64,000 bases of DNA, taken from assembly GCA_964242935.1 (NCBI GenBank), contig CAXTDA010000001.1, positions 1,350 to 65,349 of the forward strand, written 5' to 3'. Below the pieces are notes generated by a model. The model had not been told where the DNA came from. It searched no databases and was given only the letters and a program-made list of their open reading frames with translations. Each line of letters starts with the position of its first letter. The first letter of the stretch is position 1. Shown one piece after another: positions 30,125-39,356 of this stretch. Both the position numbers and the translations under genes were made by a program. Source of the DNA: an uncultured Burkholderiaceae bacterium (GTDB taxonomy: Bacteria; Pseudomonadota; Gammaproteobacteria; Burkholderiales; Burkholderiaceae_D).

Positions 30125-31042
30125 ATGAAACTCGAGCAGTTGCAGCACATGGTCGCGATCGTCGAGCAGGGCAGCCTGCGTGCGGCCGCGCGCAGGTTGG
30201 TCACGCCGCAGCCGGCGCTGACGCGAAGCGTGAGAACGCTCGAGAAGGAGCTGGGCGTCGCGCTGTTCACGCGCCAGACGAGCGGCATGACGTTGACGCC
30301 GGCCGGCACGCGCTTCCACACCCGTGCGTGCACCATCGTCAACGAGGCGCGTCGGGCGGTGGACGACCTGTCGCAGGACGGCGGACAGGACGAGGGCGTG
30401 GTGGCCATCGCGTTGTCGATCATGCCGCTGGTCGGCATGCTTGGAGCCGCCCTGCCGGTCTTTCGACGTCGCTACCCGAAGGTGCGCCTGCACCTGACCG
30501 AGCGGCTGTTCCCGGATGTGGAAGGCGCGCTCCGGAAGGGCGAGATCGACTTCTATCTCGGCGCCGCGCCGCGCCAGGGCCCGGCGCCCGGCCTGGAGGT
30601 GACCACGCTGTTCGAGAACACGCGCGCAGTGGTGTGCCGGAAGGGTCACCCGCTCGCCGGCTCGCGCTCGTTGAAGACGCTGGTGAGCGCGGACTGGGCC
30701 ACCACCGCGGTCGACTACAACGCCGAGGACGACATCGCGCAGCTCTTCGGCACCCTGGGCCTCCCGAGCCCGCGCGTCCTGCTGCGGGCGCATTCGGCGA
30801 TGGCCGTCATCGTCGCGCTGGCCCACAGCGACCTGTTGGCGATGCTGCCGACGCAGTGGGAGGAGTTTCCGTTGACGCGCGACTCGTTGCAGGTGATCCG
30901 CATCCGCGAAGTGCTGCGCGCACCCACCATCGTCCTGATCCGGCGCCCCGACCTCCCGCTGACGCCGGCCGCCGAGTTCCTGAGCGACGTGCTCCGACGC
31001 AGCGGCCCGCGGCCGGCGTCGACTCGCGCCAAGGCCGTGTAA
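30125..31042 (+). CDS. LysR regulator (TsaR-like)
   Basis: AAGGAG RBS; GSLRAAAR...QPALTRSVRTLEKELG HTH; divergent from the CoA operon. Confidence 0.92.
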   Translation: MKLEQLQHMVAIVEQGSLRAAARRLVTPQPALTRSVRTLEKELGVALFTRQTSGMTLTPAGTRFHTRACTIVNEARRAVDDLSQDGGQDEGVVAIALSIMPLVGMLGAALPVFRRRYPKVRLHLTERLFPDVEGALRKGEIDFYLGAAPRQGPAPGLEVTTLFENTRAVVCRKGHPLAGSRSLKTLVSADWATTAVDYNAEDDIAQLFGTLGLPSPRVLLRAHSAMAVIVALAHSDLLAMLPTQWEEFPLTRDSLQVIRIREVLRAPTIVLIRRPDLPLTPAAEFLSDVLRRSGPRPASTRAKAV

Positions 31043-31099
31043 GCGCGGCGACACCCAGGGCGTCCCTCGTCGCCCCTTTCGACTCGGCGTGTCAGGACA

Positions 31100-31417
31100 C
31101 TAAGCGCTGGCCGGCGGGTTGTCGCTGAACACATCGACGACGATCTCGTAGATCGCCGGATGACCGACGACACCCGGGACGTTGTACTCCCCGGGCTTGT
31201 AAGCGTCGTGGTTGGACCGCCAGGCCTCGGCGCTCTCCCACTTCGCGTAGTTGATGAACCGGAACGTCGCATTGCCGACGCCGGTGTTGCGATGAAGATG
31301 CGTCTCGATGAAGCCGGGTCGCTTCCGGAACACCTCGGTCGTCTCTTTCCAGTGGCGCAGAAACTCCGTCTCCTGCTCTTCGGGAATGATGAACGTATTG
31401 ATGAGAATGACTGCCAT
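31100..31417 (-). CDS. ABM (antibiotic biosynthesis monooxygenase) family protein, copy 1
   Basis: 105 aa; LINTF, PGFIETHLH, FINYAKWES; RBS AAGGAAAG. Confidence 0.85.
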   Translation of the reverse strand: MAVILINTFIIPEEQETEFLRHWKETTEVFRKRPGFIETHLHRNTGVGNATFRFINYAKWESAEAWRSNHDAYKPGEYNVPGVVGHPAIYEIVVDVFSDNPPASA

Positions 31418-31494
31418 GACTTTCCTTTGAAGTTTGAAGGATCGGCGCAAGAGCACTCGCCGCCTGCGGCATGCGACGTCGAAGACGAGCGTCG

Positions 31495-33144
31495 TCAGCC
31501 GACCCCGTTGCGGGCTCCCGCGGAACGGGGCCGTTCGGGCAACAGCAACCGCGACGGATGGGCGGCGTCGTGGCGGTAGGTGTCGCGGCCGACCTTCTGC
31601 CCGTACCAGTGCGTCATCGGCTGGTCGAGCATCAGCGAATCGTTGTTCGTCACGTCGAGCCGCAGGCGCTCGCCGGCCCTGACCACGAAGGACATCGGCA
31701 GCAGCTCGATGCGCAGCTCGTAGACCTCGCCCGGCGTGATCGGCTCTTCGCGGTCGTGCTTGTGGAACGGCCGAAGCTCGCTGGTCCGCGTCTCGTCCTC
31801 GCTTCGGTGGGACGCGCGCAGCCACCCCTGGGTGACGCGCCGCGGAGGCCGCCGCACGCCGTCGGGCGGCACGACCCACAGCTTCACGATGACGTCCATG
31901 TCGGTCTGATCGGACGACGCGTGCAGGACGAAGACGCCCTGGCCGGTGAACTCCCGGTCTTTCGCGAAGGCTTCCGTCGTGAACGTGTTGACGCGAGCCA
32001 CGTGATCCGGCACGCCGTTGACGAACGTCGTCGTGCCGGCCACCCAGAGCGGATCCGGATAGCCCCACGATGTCGGCGCCTCGTCGGCCGCCGGCGCTGT
32101 TCCATGAAGCGACCCGTCGTTGAGCGAGACGACGGCACCGCTTCGCGCAGAGCCGAGAAAGAACGGCGTCGCCGTCACATCCTCCGGGGGCCACTGGTCG
32201 CACGAGTCGTAGCGATCGTCGCCGTTGACGAAGAAGCGGACCGCCGGTCGCTGCATGACGTCGTTGTCGACGCCTTTCAGATGATGGTCGTACCACGGCA
32301 GCAGCTCGTCGCGGTGGAACTGCTCGTCGGCGAAGAGCGCCTGTGCCCCCTTGAAGCTGTCGGGCTCTGCGATCATCAGCTTCTTCGGCCCGCTGACCGC
32401 TTCCCAGCCGAGGACGTTGCCGCGCAGATGCAGGCCGGCCTTCCCCCAGACGCCGATCGAGAACACCGGGATGTCGACGTCGCCGAGCTCCCGGAGCGGC
32501 GCGCGGGTTCGATGCCATGCATCGTCGAAGCGGTGCGACAGGATGTCGGGCATCACCTCGTGTCGATTGCCGCCGCGGATGTCGTGCCCCTCGGCCTGGT
32601 GCTGCAGGAGTACCGATCCGATCAGCCAGGTCCCGAGGAATCCCTGTGCGGGAATGCCGCCGTGATACATCCAGTCGCGATACATGTCGGTCGCGCCGTC
32701 GTAGGCGACGATCGTCTTCAGATGCGGCGGACGCGTGCGCGCCGCGTTCCATTGACTCCAGCAGAAATACGACTGGCCGATCATCCCGATGCTGCCGTTG
32801 CACCAGTCGAGCGTCGCGACGTGTTCGATCGCATCGTGGATCGACTCGCCTTCCGCCCGCGACACGGGATCCCAGTCGCCTTCGGAACGGCCGGACCCCG
32901 GCAGGTCGACGATGACGTAGGCGTAGCCCTCGTCGAGATAGAGCTGCATCGGGCCGTATTCGACGAATGCGAAGACCGAGTGGGGCGGCAACCGGCGCAG
33001 CGACTTCTGGTACGGCGACGCGGCGAGAAGCGTTGCGACCGGCGCGTCGCCGCGTGACGGTGGCAGGTAGACGTCCGCGCGCAGGCGTCGACCGCGCCGG
33101 TCGTCGAACTCGATCTCGAACGGTGTGACGTTCACGTGGGTCAT
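31495..33144 (-). CDS. CocE/NonD family serine hydrolase
   Basis: LRADVYLP, GSGRSEG, WCNGSIGMIGQSY nucleophile elbow, TQGWLRASHR; ATGA overlap with MFS stop. Confidence 0.9.
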   Translation of the reverse strand: MTHVNVTPFEIEFDDRRGRRLRADVYLPPSRGDAPVATLLAASPYQKSLRRLPPHSVFAFVEYGPMQLYLDEGYAYVIVDLPGSGRSEGDWDPVSRAEGESIHDAIEHVATLDWCNGSIGMIGQSYFCWSQWNAARTRPPHLKTIVAYDGATDMYRDWMYHGGIPAQGFLGTWLIGSVLLQHQAEGHDIRGGNRHEVMPDILSHRFDDAWHRTRAPLRELGDVDIPVFSIGVWGKAGLHLRGNVLGWEAVSGPKKLMIAEPDSFKGAQALFADEQFHRDELLPWYDHHLKGVDNDVMQRPAVRFFVNGDDRYDSCDQWPPEDVTATPFFLGSARSGAVVSLNDGSLHGTAPAADEAPTSWGYPDPLWVAGTTTFVNGVPDHVARVNTFTTEAFAKDREFTGQGVFVLHASSDQTDMDVIVKLWVVPPDGVRRPPRRVTQGWLRASHRSEDETRTSELRPFHKHDREEPITPGEVYELRIELLPMSFVVRAGERLRLDVTNNDSLMLDQPMTHWYGQKVGRDTYRHDAAHPSRLLLPERPRSAGARNGVG

Positions 33145-34454
33145 GTCGACTCCGATGAAGGGGCGCCGATCGGCAGGAAACGGTAGCGACCGAGGCAGCC
33201 GAAGACCACGGCTGCGATGACGAGGACCGCGGCGATGACGCACAGGCCGACGAAGTAGGACCCGTAAGAGCCTCGCCACCAGCCGAGGAGGCCGATGGTC
33301 GTCGCGGCAGCGACCTGGAACACGGCGTAGATCGTTCCGTACAGGACACCGAACGAACGTCGTCCGAAATAGCGCGGGATCAGGAAGCCGAGCACGTCGA
33401 ATTCGGCACCGATCACGAAGCCCATCAGCGCCGCGCACAAGGCGGCCGTTCCGAAGGGCGCACCGGCGGCCAGCAGCCCGGCGGAGAGTGCCGCGGCCAG
33501 GCAGACCAGCGCCATGATCACCGAGGCCTTGACGCGGTCGAGCAACCATCCGGTACTCACCCGTCCGACGATGAGCGCCACGCCCAGCACCGACTGCATT
33601 CCCGCCGCCTCGCGCGCCGAGATGCCGGCGTCGATCAGGATGCGCACCTGATGCACGACCACGCCGGAGCTGACCATGCCGAGGGCGAAGAAACCGACCA
33701 GCATCAGCCAGAACTCGCGAGTGGCGCGCGACTCGGCGAACGACAGGTCCGACGTCGCAGGCAGCGCCCGTTGCGCGGCTCTTCCGCTGGACGCCCCGTC
33801 GCGCTCCTTCAGCATCGCCCAGGCCATCGGCCACGGAATGACGACCGCCAGGACGCCGAGCATCACGTAGGCGGTGCGCCATCCGCTCTGGGCGATGACG
33901 GCGGCGACCAGCGGCGGAAGCAACGCAGCGCCGATGCCGATGCCGGTGTTGGCCAGTCCGAGACTGAATCCGAGCCGCCGATCGAACCACAGCGCGGTGG
34001 CCTTGTTGTAAGCCACCGGCCAGCATCCGACCCCGGCGAGCGACACCAGCGCGAGGCCCAGGTAGAAGATCCGGATATCGGCGTGAAGCAGTGCCAGCGA
34101 GGCCAGTCCGAGCCCGAAGCACGGGACCGACCAGAGGACGAGACGGCGAGCGCCGATCCGGTCGATCAGGTAACCGGCAAGCAGCGACGTGATCACGATC
34201 AGCACCGTGATGATCGTCCCGCCGAACGAGATCGCGCCGATGCCCCAGCCGAACTCGCGCTCGAGCGCAGGCACGAAGGTTCCGAAGCAGAAGACGAGCA
34301 TCGCGCTCGGACCGAGCGTGAGGCCGATCATCGACGCGAACGTCGTCGGCCAGCCGGGATAGATCGTGCCGTCCGCCTGGCGCAACGACTCCGTCGGCGG
34401 AGTCGGCGACATCTTGTCGTCGGCGAGCGAGAGCGATGCGGTGACTGCGGTCAT
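33141..34454 (-). CDS. MFS transporter (OFA-like)
   Basis: GYLIDRIG, WFDRRLGFSLG, GAEFDVLGFL; start re-called. Confidence 0.88.
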   Translation of the reverse strand: MTAVTASLSLADDKMSPTPPTESLRQADGTIYPGWPTTFASMIGLTLGPSAMLVFCFGTFVPALEREFGWGIGAISFGGTIITVLIVITSLLAGYLIDRIGARRLVLWSVPCFGLGLASLALLHADIRIFYLGLALVSLAGVGCWPVAYNKATALWFDRRLGFSLGLANTGIGIGAALLPPLVAAVIAQSGWRTAYVMLGVLAVVIPWPMAWAMLKERDGASSGRAAQRALPATSDLSFAESRATREFWLMLVGFFALGMVSSGVVVHQVRILIDAGISAREAAGMQSVLGVALIVGRVSTGWLLDRVKASVIMALVCLAAALSAGLLAAGAPFGTAALCAALMGFVIGAEFDVLGFLIPRYFGRRSFGVLYGTIYAVFQVAAATTIGLLGWWRGSYGSYFVGLCVIAAVLVIAAVVFGCLGRYRFLPIGAPSSEST

Positions 34455-34990
34455 GGCGCCCCCCGCGTGATTGCGGCTTGCGAGGGATTCGGGGGATTCG
34501 GGGATGCGAGCCGACGTCGTGGCAGGGTCCAGCGCTGCCGCGGTGTGCTCGAGGTGCATGCGGTCTGCAACCGAGTCATTTTCGTCTCCATGTTTCGCGC
34601 GTCGACGAGCGCGACGCTGCCTGCAACTTATTCACGCACTGCGATAGCCGTAAGATGGCGTTTGAAGGAGCGTGATTCGTTATTCGCATCCCCCTGGGCG
34701 CGACTCGACCTGCGCGTTTTCCCTGTTGAAACGCCGACCCCGATCGATCGGTTCCGGACGTCGGCGCTGCGCCATCGGCACTGCGCACGGTCGGACACGC
34801 GAACCGCGCGGCCGTGCGGTCCGGATGGCCATGTCGCCGGATTCGTCGCAGCGGTGCTGCGCTACGCGATGACGCCGCCACGGGGGGCCGATCGGGGGCC
34901 ACGCGCTGCGCTGGAGTCGCGCGTCGAGAGGTTCGCGCCCGCTCGAGCGGGTCGGTGGCGAGCCCTGAAGGCGCGGCTCGCGAAACCTCG

Positions 34991-35299
34991 TCAGGCGGCG
35001 ACCTTGCTGACCACGTCGATGACGATCTCGTAGATCGCCGGATGCCCTTTCACGCCGGGCAGGTCGTATTCGGTGGGCTTGTAGTCGTCGTGGTTGGACG
35101 CCCACGCTTCCGGGCTCTCCCACTTCGCGTAGTTGATGAACCGAAAGGTCTGATTGCCCACGCCGGTGTTCTTGTGCATGTGGGTCTCGATGAAGCCGGG
35201 CTTCTTGCTGAAGTAATCGGCCGTGATCTTCCAGTGCCGAACGAACTCGGCCTCCTGTTCTTCGGGAACGATGAAAGTGTTGATGAGAATGACGGCCAT
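34991..35299 (-). CDS. ABM family protein, copy 2
   Basis: 102 aa; about 79% identical to copy 1 by manual alignment; GAGG RBS. Confidence 0.87.
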   Translation of the reverse strand: MAVILINTFIVPEEQEAEFVRHWKITADYFSKKPGFIETHMHKNTGVGNQTFRFINYAKWESPEAWASNHDDYKPTEYDLPGVKGHPAIYEIVIDVVSKVAA

Positions 35300-35381
35300 G
35301 GTTTCCTCGTGGATGGTTGATGGACAGTGGGTTGCGGACGAAATGGTCGAGAAACGAGTCGAGAAGCGGCGCTCGTGATCG

Positions 35382-36278
35382 TCACCCGCTCACGGCCGCC
35401 GCGAGCGCTTCGTGTTCGCATGTTTCCTGCAACACGAAGTCGTAGTCGAGCGTGAAGAACGGTTCGTCGGTGATCGAACCATCGGGCGCGCGCCCCGCTT
35501 CGTGACGATCCCATTCGACGATCAGCGTCGTGCGGACCCCGAACACGGCGTCCGAATCGAGATAGGGCCCGCCCGCGCGGAACAGGTGCGTGATCAGCGA
35601 CTCGTAGCCCGGCGCCTTGATCATGAAGTGGAGGTGCGCCGGCCGCCACGGGTGACGGCCCAGCGCGCCGAGCAGCTTGCCGACCGGCCCGTCGTGCGGG
35701 ATCGGGTACGGCGCCGCGACGATCGTCTTGAAGCGAAAGCTGCCGTCGGGACGGCTGCGCAGGTTGCCGCGGGCCTGTCGCCTGTCGAGATCGGCTCGCT
35801 GTACGTCGTAGAACCCTTCGTCGTCGGACTGCCAGACCGCGATGTCCGCGCCGCCGACCGGCTCGCCGTCGAGCCCCCGGACCACGCCGCTGACGAAGCA
35901 CGGCGCACCCGACGCGCCGTTCGCGATGTCGCTGCCGATCTCGTAGGTCGGCGCGTCCGCGACGAAGAACGGGCCGAACACGGTGGCCTCCGTACATCCG
36001 GGCGGCGTCGGGTGGTTCTGAGCGGTGACCAGGGTCGACAGACCCAGCACGTCGGACAGCAGGATGAACTCCTGGCGCGTGTCGTTGGTGATATGACCGG
36101 CGTCGGTCAGGAACCTGATGCCCTCACCCCATTCGGCTTCGGTGAGCTGGATGTCGCGCGCGAAGTCGTGGAGGTGGCGGACCAGCGACGTCATGACCTG
36201 TCGCAGCCGCGGGTTGGGGCAGTGCTCCTGCGTTTCGAGGACCGCCTTCGTGATCGTCCACTGATCGATGTTCACCAT
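35382..36278 (-). CDS. Intradiol dioxygenase, hydroxyquinol 1,2-dioxygenase type
   Basis: RQEFILLSDVLG, TEATVFGPFF, GFYDVQ, YPIPHDGPVG, WRPAHLHF (Tyr/Tyr/His/His Fe ligands). Confidence 0.9.
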   Translation of the reverse strand: MVNIDQWTITKAVLETQEHCPNPRLRQVMTSLVRHLHDFARDIQLTEAEWGEGIRFLTDAGHITNDTRQEFILLSDVLGLSTLVTAQNHPTPPGCTEATVFGPFFVADAPTYEIGSDIANGASGAPCFVSGVVRGLDGEPVGGADIAVWQSDDEGFYDVQRADLDRRQARGNLRSRPDGSFRFKTIVAAPYPIPHDGPVGKLLGALGRHPWRPAHLHFMIKAPGYESLITHLFRAGGPYLDSDAVFGVRTTLIVEWDRHEAGRAPDGSITDEPFFTLDYDFVLQETCEHEALAAAVSG

Positions 36279-36299
36279 GTTCGAATCCCCTGTCGTCGT

Positions 36300-37286
36300 T
36301 CACCCATCGAGGCCGAGGTCGAACAACCGGATCGCGTTCGTGCGACCGATTTTCGTGCGATCGGCTTCGCTGATGCTGGCCGCGTCGAACCAGGTGGCCG
36401 CATGGTCGACGTTCTCGAACGGCCAGTCGGTCGAGAAGAGGATGCGATCGGCGCCCACCTCCAGCAGCGCGTCGATCAGGGTCTGCGTCCGGAAGTTGCC
36501 CGACGTCGTCAGATGAAAATTGTTGCGGAAGTATTCGCCGAGCGGCTTCGCGGCCGGGTATCCCTTCGGTTGCTTCACCCACGCATTGCGGTTGTCGACG
36601 CGCCAGATGTTGTACGGCAGCCCCTCGCCCATGTGACCGAGCACGATCTGCAGCGACGGGTGGCGATCGAACAGGCCGCTCGCCATCAGCCGCAACGCGT
36701 GGACCGCGGTCTCCTGCGCGAACGCCCAGGTCGGACCCATCAGCCAGGGGTGGCCGTCGTAGATCTGCGACCACGCGGCAATCGGGTTGCGCGGATGCAG
36801 GTAGAACACCGTCTCGAGCTGCGCCACGACGCCCCAGAAGTCGCCGTACATCGGCGCGTCGTAGTAGACGACGTTGTCGGGCGTGTCGATCTGCGAGAAG
36901 CCGTTGACGAGCGCACCCTTGAAGCCGAGGTCGCGGACGCATCGTTCGAGTTCCGCGCTCGCGAGCTCGGGGTCCTGCAGCGGCAGCGCCGCGAACGCCT
37001 GGAAGCGATCCGGCCGACGCGCGACCTGCTCGGCGAGGAAATCGTTTGCCCGTCGTGCGATCTCGACGGCCTTCTGCGGCGACGGGATCGCCTGGACCGC
37101 GGGCGCGTTCAACGAAAGGATCATCATCTCCATCCCGTTGTCGTCCATCTCGCGCAGACGATCGTCCTGGATGTCGAGGAGCCGGCTCTTCAGCACCTCC
37201 CAGTAGTCCGCCGGCACGAAGCCGGCCGAGTCCTGGAGCGTCTCCGGAATCGCGAAGTGTTCTTCGAGCCCTATCTTTCCATTCAT
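36300..37286 (-). CDS. graF: Gamma-resorcylate (2,6-dihydroxybenzoate) decarboxylase
   Basis: LEEHFAIPETLQDSAGFVP, FYLHPRNP, GPTWAFAQETAVHALRLM, GHMGE, FSTDWPFEN; closely matches the Rhizobium-type enzyme as I recall it. Confidence 0.9.
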   Translation of the reverse strand: MNGKIGLEEHFAIPETLQDSAGFVPADYWEVLKSRLLDIQDDRLREMDDNGMEMMILSLNAPAVQAIPSPQKAVEIARRANDFLAEQVARRPDRFQAFAALPLQDPELASAELERCVRDLGFKGALVNGFSQIDTPDNVVYYDAPMYGDFWGVVAQLETVFYLHPRNPIAAWSQIYDGHPWLMGPTWAFAQETAVHALRLMASGLFDRHPSLQIVLGHMGEGLPYNIWRVDNRNAWVKQPKGYPAAKPLGEYFRNNFHLTTSGNFRTQTLIDALLEVGADRILFSTDWPFENVDHAATWFDAASISEADRTKIGRTNAIRLFDLGLDG

Positions 37287-37667
37287 GCAACGACCCTCGG
37301 AGGATTGGTTTGGCCGGCGCTGATCGCGTGGCGGGACGAAGCAGCGTGATGCCGTTCGCGAACGCCGATGTCGACGCCATCGAGCGCGACGCTTGATCTG
37401 CGACGAGTATCGGGCGGCGTGCTGGTCGCGGCTAACAACTTCTGCGGATGTCGCCTATTCGCGAGATGAATGAAAGCGACGGCGTGCCCGGCGGTCGAGA
37501 GCCCTGCGTTCCGAGCGCCGGCATTCAACGAACCGATGGAACGCATCATCGTTTTTTGTTGGGCAAGCGCCCGCGGCGTTCCTAACATGGTGGTCTGTCG
37601 TCGCCGTCGGGGTCGTGGCCCCGGCGTCGACGACTCCGCGCGACACGTCGCGTCTCCGAGCGCATCG

Positions 37668-38732
37668 ATGACCGATCACTACAGCGTCACCTTCGTCCCC
37701 AGCGGCCACACGGTCCGGTGTCCGCCTGATCGTTCCATTCTCGACGTCGGCCTCGATGGCGGCGTGAACCTGCCGTTCAGCTGCCGCTCCGGCATCTGCC
37801 GGACCTGCCGCGGTCGGCTCGTCGACGGCTCGGTGGATGTCGGCGATGTCCACGCCGCCTATCTGACGGCGGTCGACCGCGCGGCCGGTTTCATCCACCT
37901 GTGCCAGGCGAAGGCGACCGGTGACTGCACGATCGAGATCCGCGAGATCGCCCCCGATGCCGCGCTGCCGGTCCTGCATCTGCCGTCACGCGTCCTCGCG
38001 ATGAAGCGCCTCGCGCCCGACGTGATGGCGTTGCAGCTCGGTCTGCCGTGCAACGAGCCGATGAAATTCCGGGCCGGGCAGTACATCGATATCGAGACGC
38101 CGGGCGGACTGCGACGCTCGTATTCGATCGCCATCCCGCCGCCGAGCGGCGGCACGCGTCGTCTCGAGATCCACATCCGCTCGATGCGCGGCGGCCACTT
38201 CACGGAGCACGTGTTCCAGCGACTCAAGGCCGGCGACCTGCTGAACGTGGTCGCGCCCCAGGGCAGCTTCGGACTCCGCGACGACGCGGACCGACCGATG
38301 ATCCTCGTCTGTTCCGGCACCGGGTTCGCGCCGATGAAGTCGATCATCGAACACAGCCTCGCGAAGGGCCTGCGGCTTCCGATCCACCTCTACTGGGGCG
38401 GTCGGCAGCGCCCGGACCTCTACCTCGATGCGATGGTCCGGGAATGGGTCGCGCAGCACGACCACATCCACTACGTGCCGGTCCTGAGCGAGGCGACGCC
38501 CGCCTGCGGCTGGACCGGTCGCGTCGGCTTCGTTCATCAGGCCGTTCTCGACGACTGGCCCGACCTGGCCGGTCACGACGTTTATGCTTGCGGTGTGCCC
38601 GTCATGGTCGAGGCCGCGCGACGCGACTTCACGACGCTGGCGGGCCTGCCCGACGACCAGTTCTTCGCCGACTCGTTCGTCAGCGAAGCGGACCGCGCTG
38701 CCAACCTGATCAGGATCCCGGAGCTCACATGA
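37668..38732 (+). CDS. [2Fe-2S]/FAD/NAD(P)H reductase (AscD/oxygenase-reductase type)
   Basis: CRSGICRTC...C, RSYSIA, SGTGFAPMKS, YACG; start re-called. Confidence 0.9.
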   Translation: MTDHYSVTFVPSGHTVRCPPDRSILDVGLDGGVNLPFSCRSGICRTCRGRLVDGSVDVGDVHAAYLTAVDRAAGFIHLCQAKATGDCTIEIREIAPDAALPVLHLPSRVLAMKRLAPDVMALQLGLPCNEPMKFRAGQYIDIETPGGLRRSYSIAIPPPSGGTRRLEIHIRSMRGGHFTEHVFQRLKAGDLLNVVAPQGSFGLRDDADRPMILVCSGTGFAPMKSIIEHSLAKGLRLPIHLYWGGRQRPDLYLDAMVREWVAQHDHIHYVPVLSEATPACGWTGRVGFVHQAVLDDWPDLAGHDVYACGVPVMVEAARRDFTTLAGLPDDQFFADSFVSEADRAANLIRIPELT

Positions 38733-39262
38733 ATATTTTCGACCCCATCGCGCACAAACTGCCCGAAGACTGCCGTGTTCCAGCCGGCACGCGTCATTCG
38801 ATCATCCAGCCGTATTGCATGAGTCACGGCACGCTCGAGTGCGCCGACCTCGATGCGTCGCGCCGCTTCTACGAGGAGTTCCTCGGACTCGAAGTCGTGC
38901 AGCACGCGATCACCGCGCTCGCGATCCGGGTCGGGATGCGCTTTCACATCGTCTGTGTCCAGGTCGGGGCCGACCAGATCCACCCGTGTCACCTGCTCAA
39001 CCATTGGGGTCTCGACGTCGCCAGCCGCGAGGCGGTCGACGAAGCGCATGCGAAAGCGCTCGAGCATCAGGCGGCCTACGGCATCCGCCAGGTGCGGGAC
39101 GTGATGGACATGCACGGGGTGTACTCGTTCTACCTCGAAGACGTCGACCACAACTGGTGGGAGATCCAGCACTACGAGAACGGCTTCATGCACGACGACT
39201 ACTTCGACTTCGGCGACCGCTTCGGCAAGTCGGGGCCGTCGAGCGGCACGCGAACGCAGTGA
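38729..39262 (+). CDS. VOC/glyoxalase family protein
   Basis: SHGTLEC, SRRFYEEFLGL, NHWGLDV, FYLEDVDHNWWEIQ; ATGA overlap. Confidence 0.85.
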   Translation: MNIFDPIAHKLPEDCRVPAGTRHSIIQPYCMSHGTLECADLDASRRFYEEFLGLEVVQHAITALAIRVGMRFHIVCVQVGADQIHPCHLLNHWGLDVASREAVDEAHAKALEHQAAYGIRQVRDVMDMHGVYSFYLEDVDHNWWEIQHYENGFMHDDYFDFGDRFGKSGPSSGTRTQ

Positions 39263-39356
39263 TGGGCGGCGTCCACGTCGCTCGCGCTTCCACGAGAGCC
39301 GAAGGCGCCGCCGCGTCCGGCCACCGCTGGCCAGGGGTGCGCCCGGAGCCGCGCAC

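Noticed and set aside
34483-34505. Short GGGATTCGG tandem; also CACCGG x3 near 683 and GTCGCC repeats near 47275
   Set aside because: Two to three copies only, the latter two explained by coding low complexity; not CRISPR or a contingency repeat.
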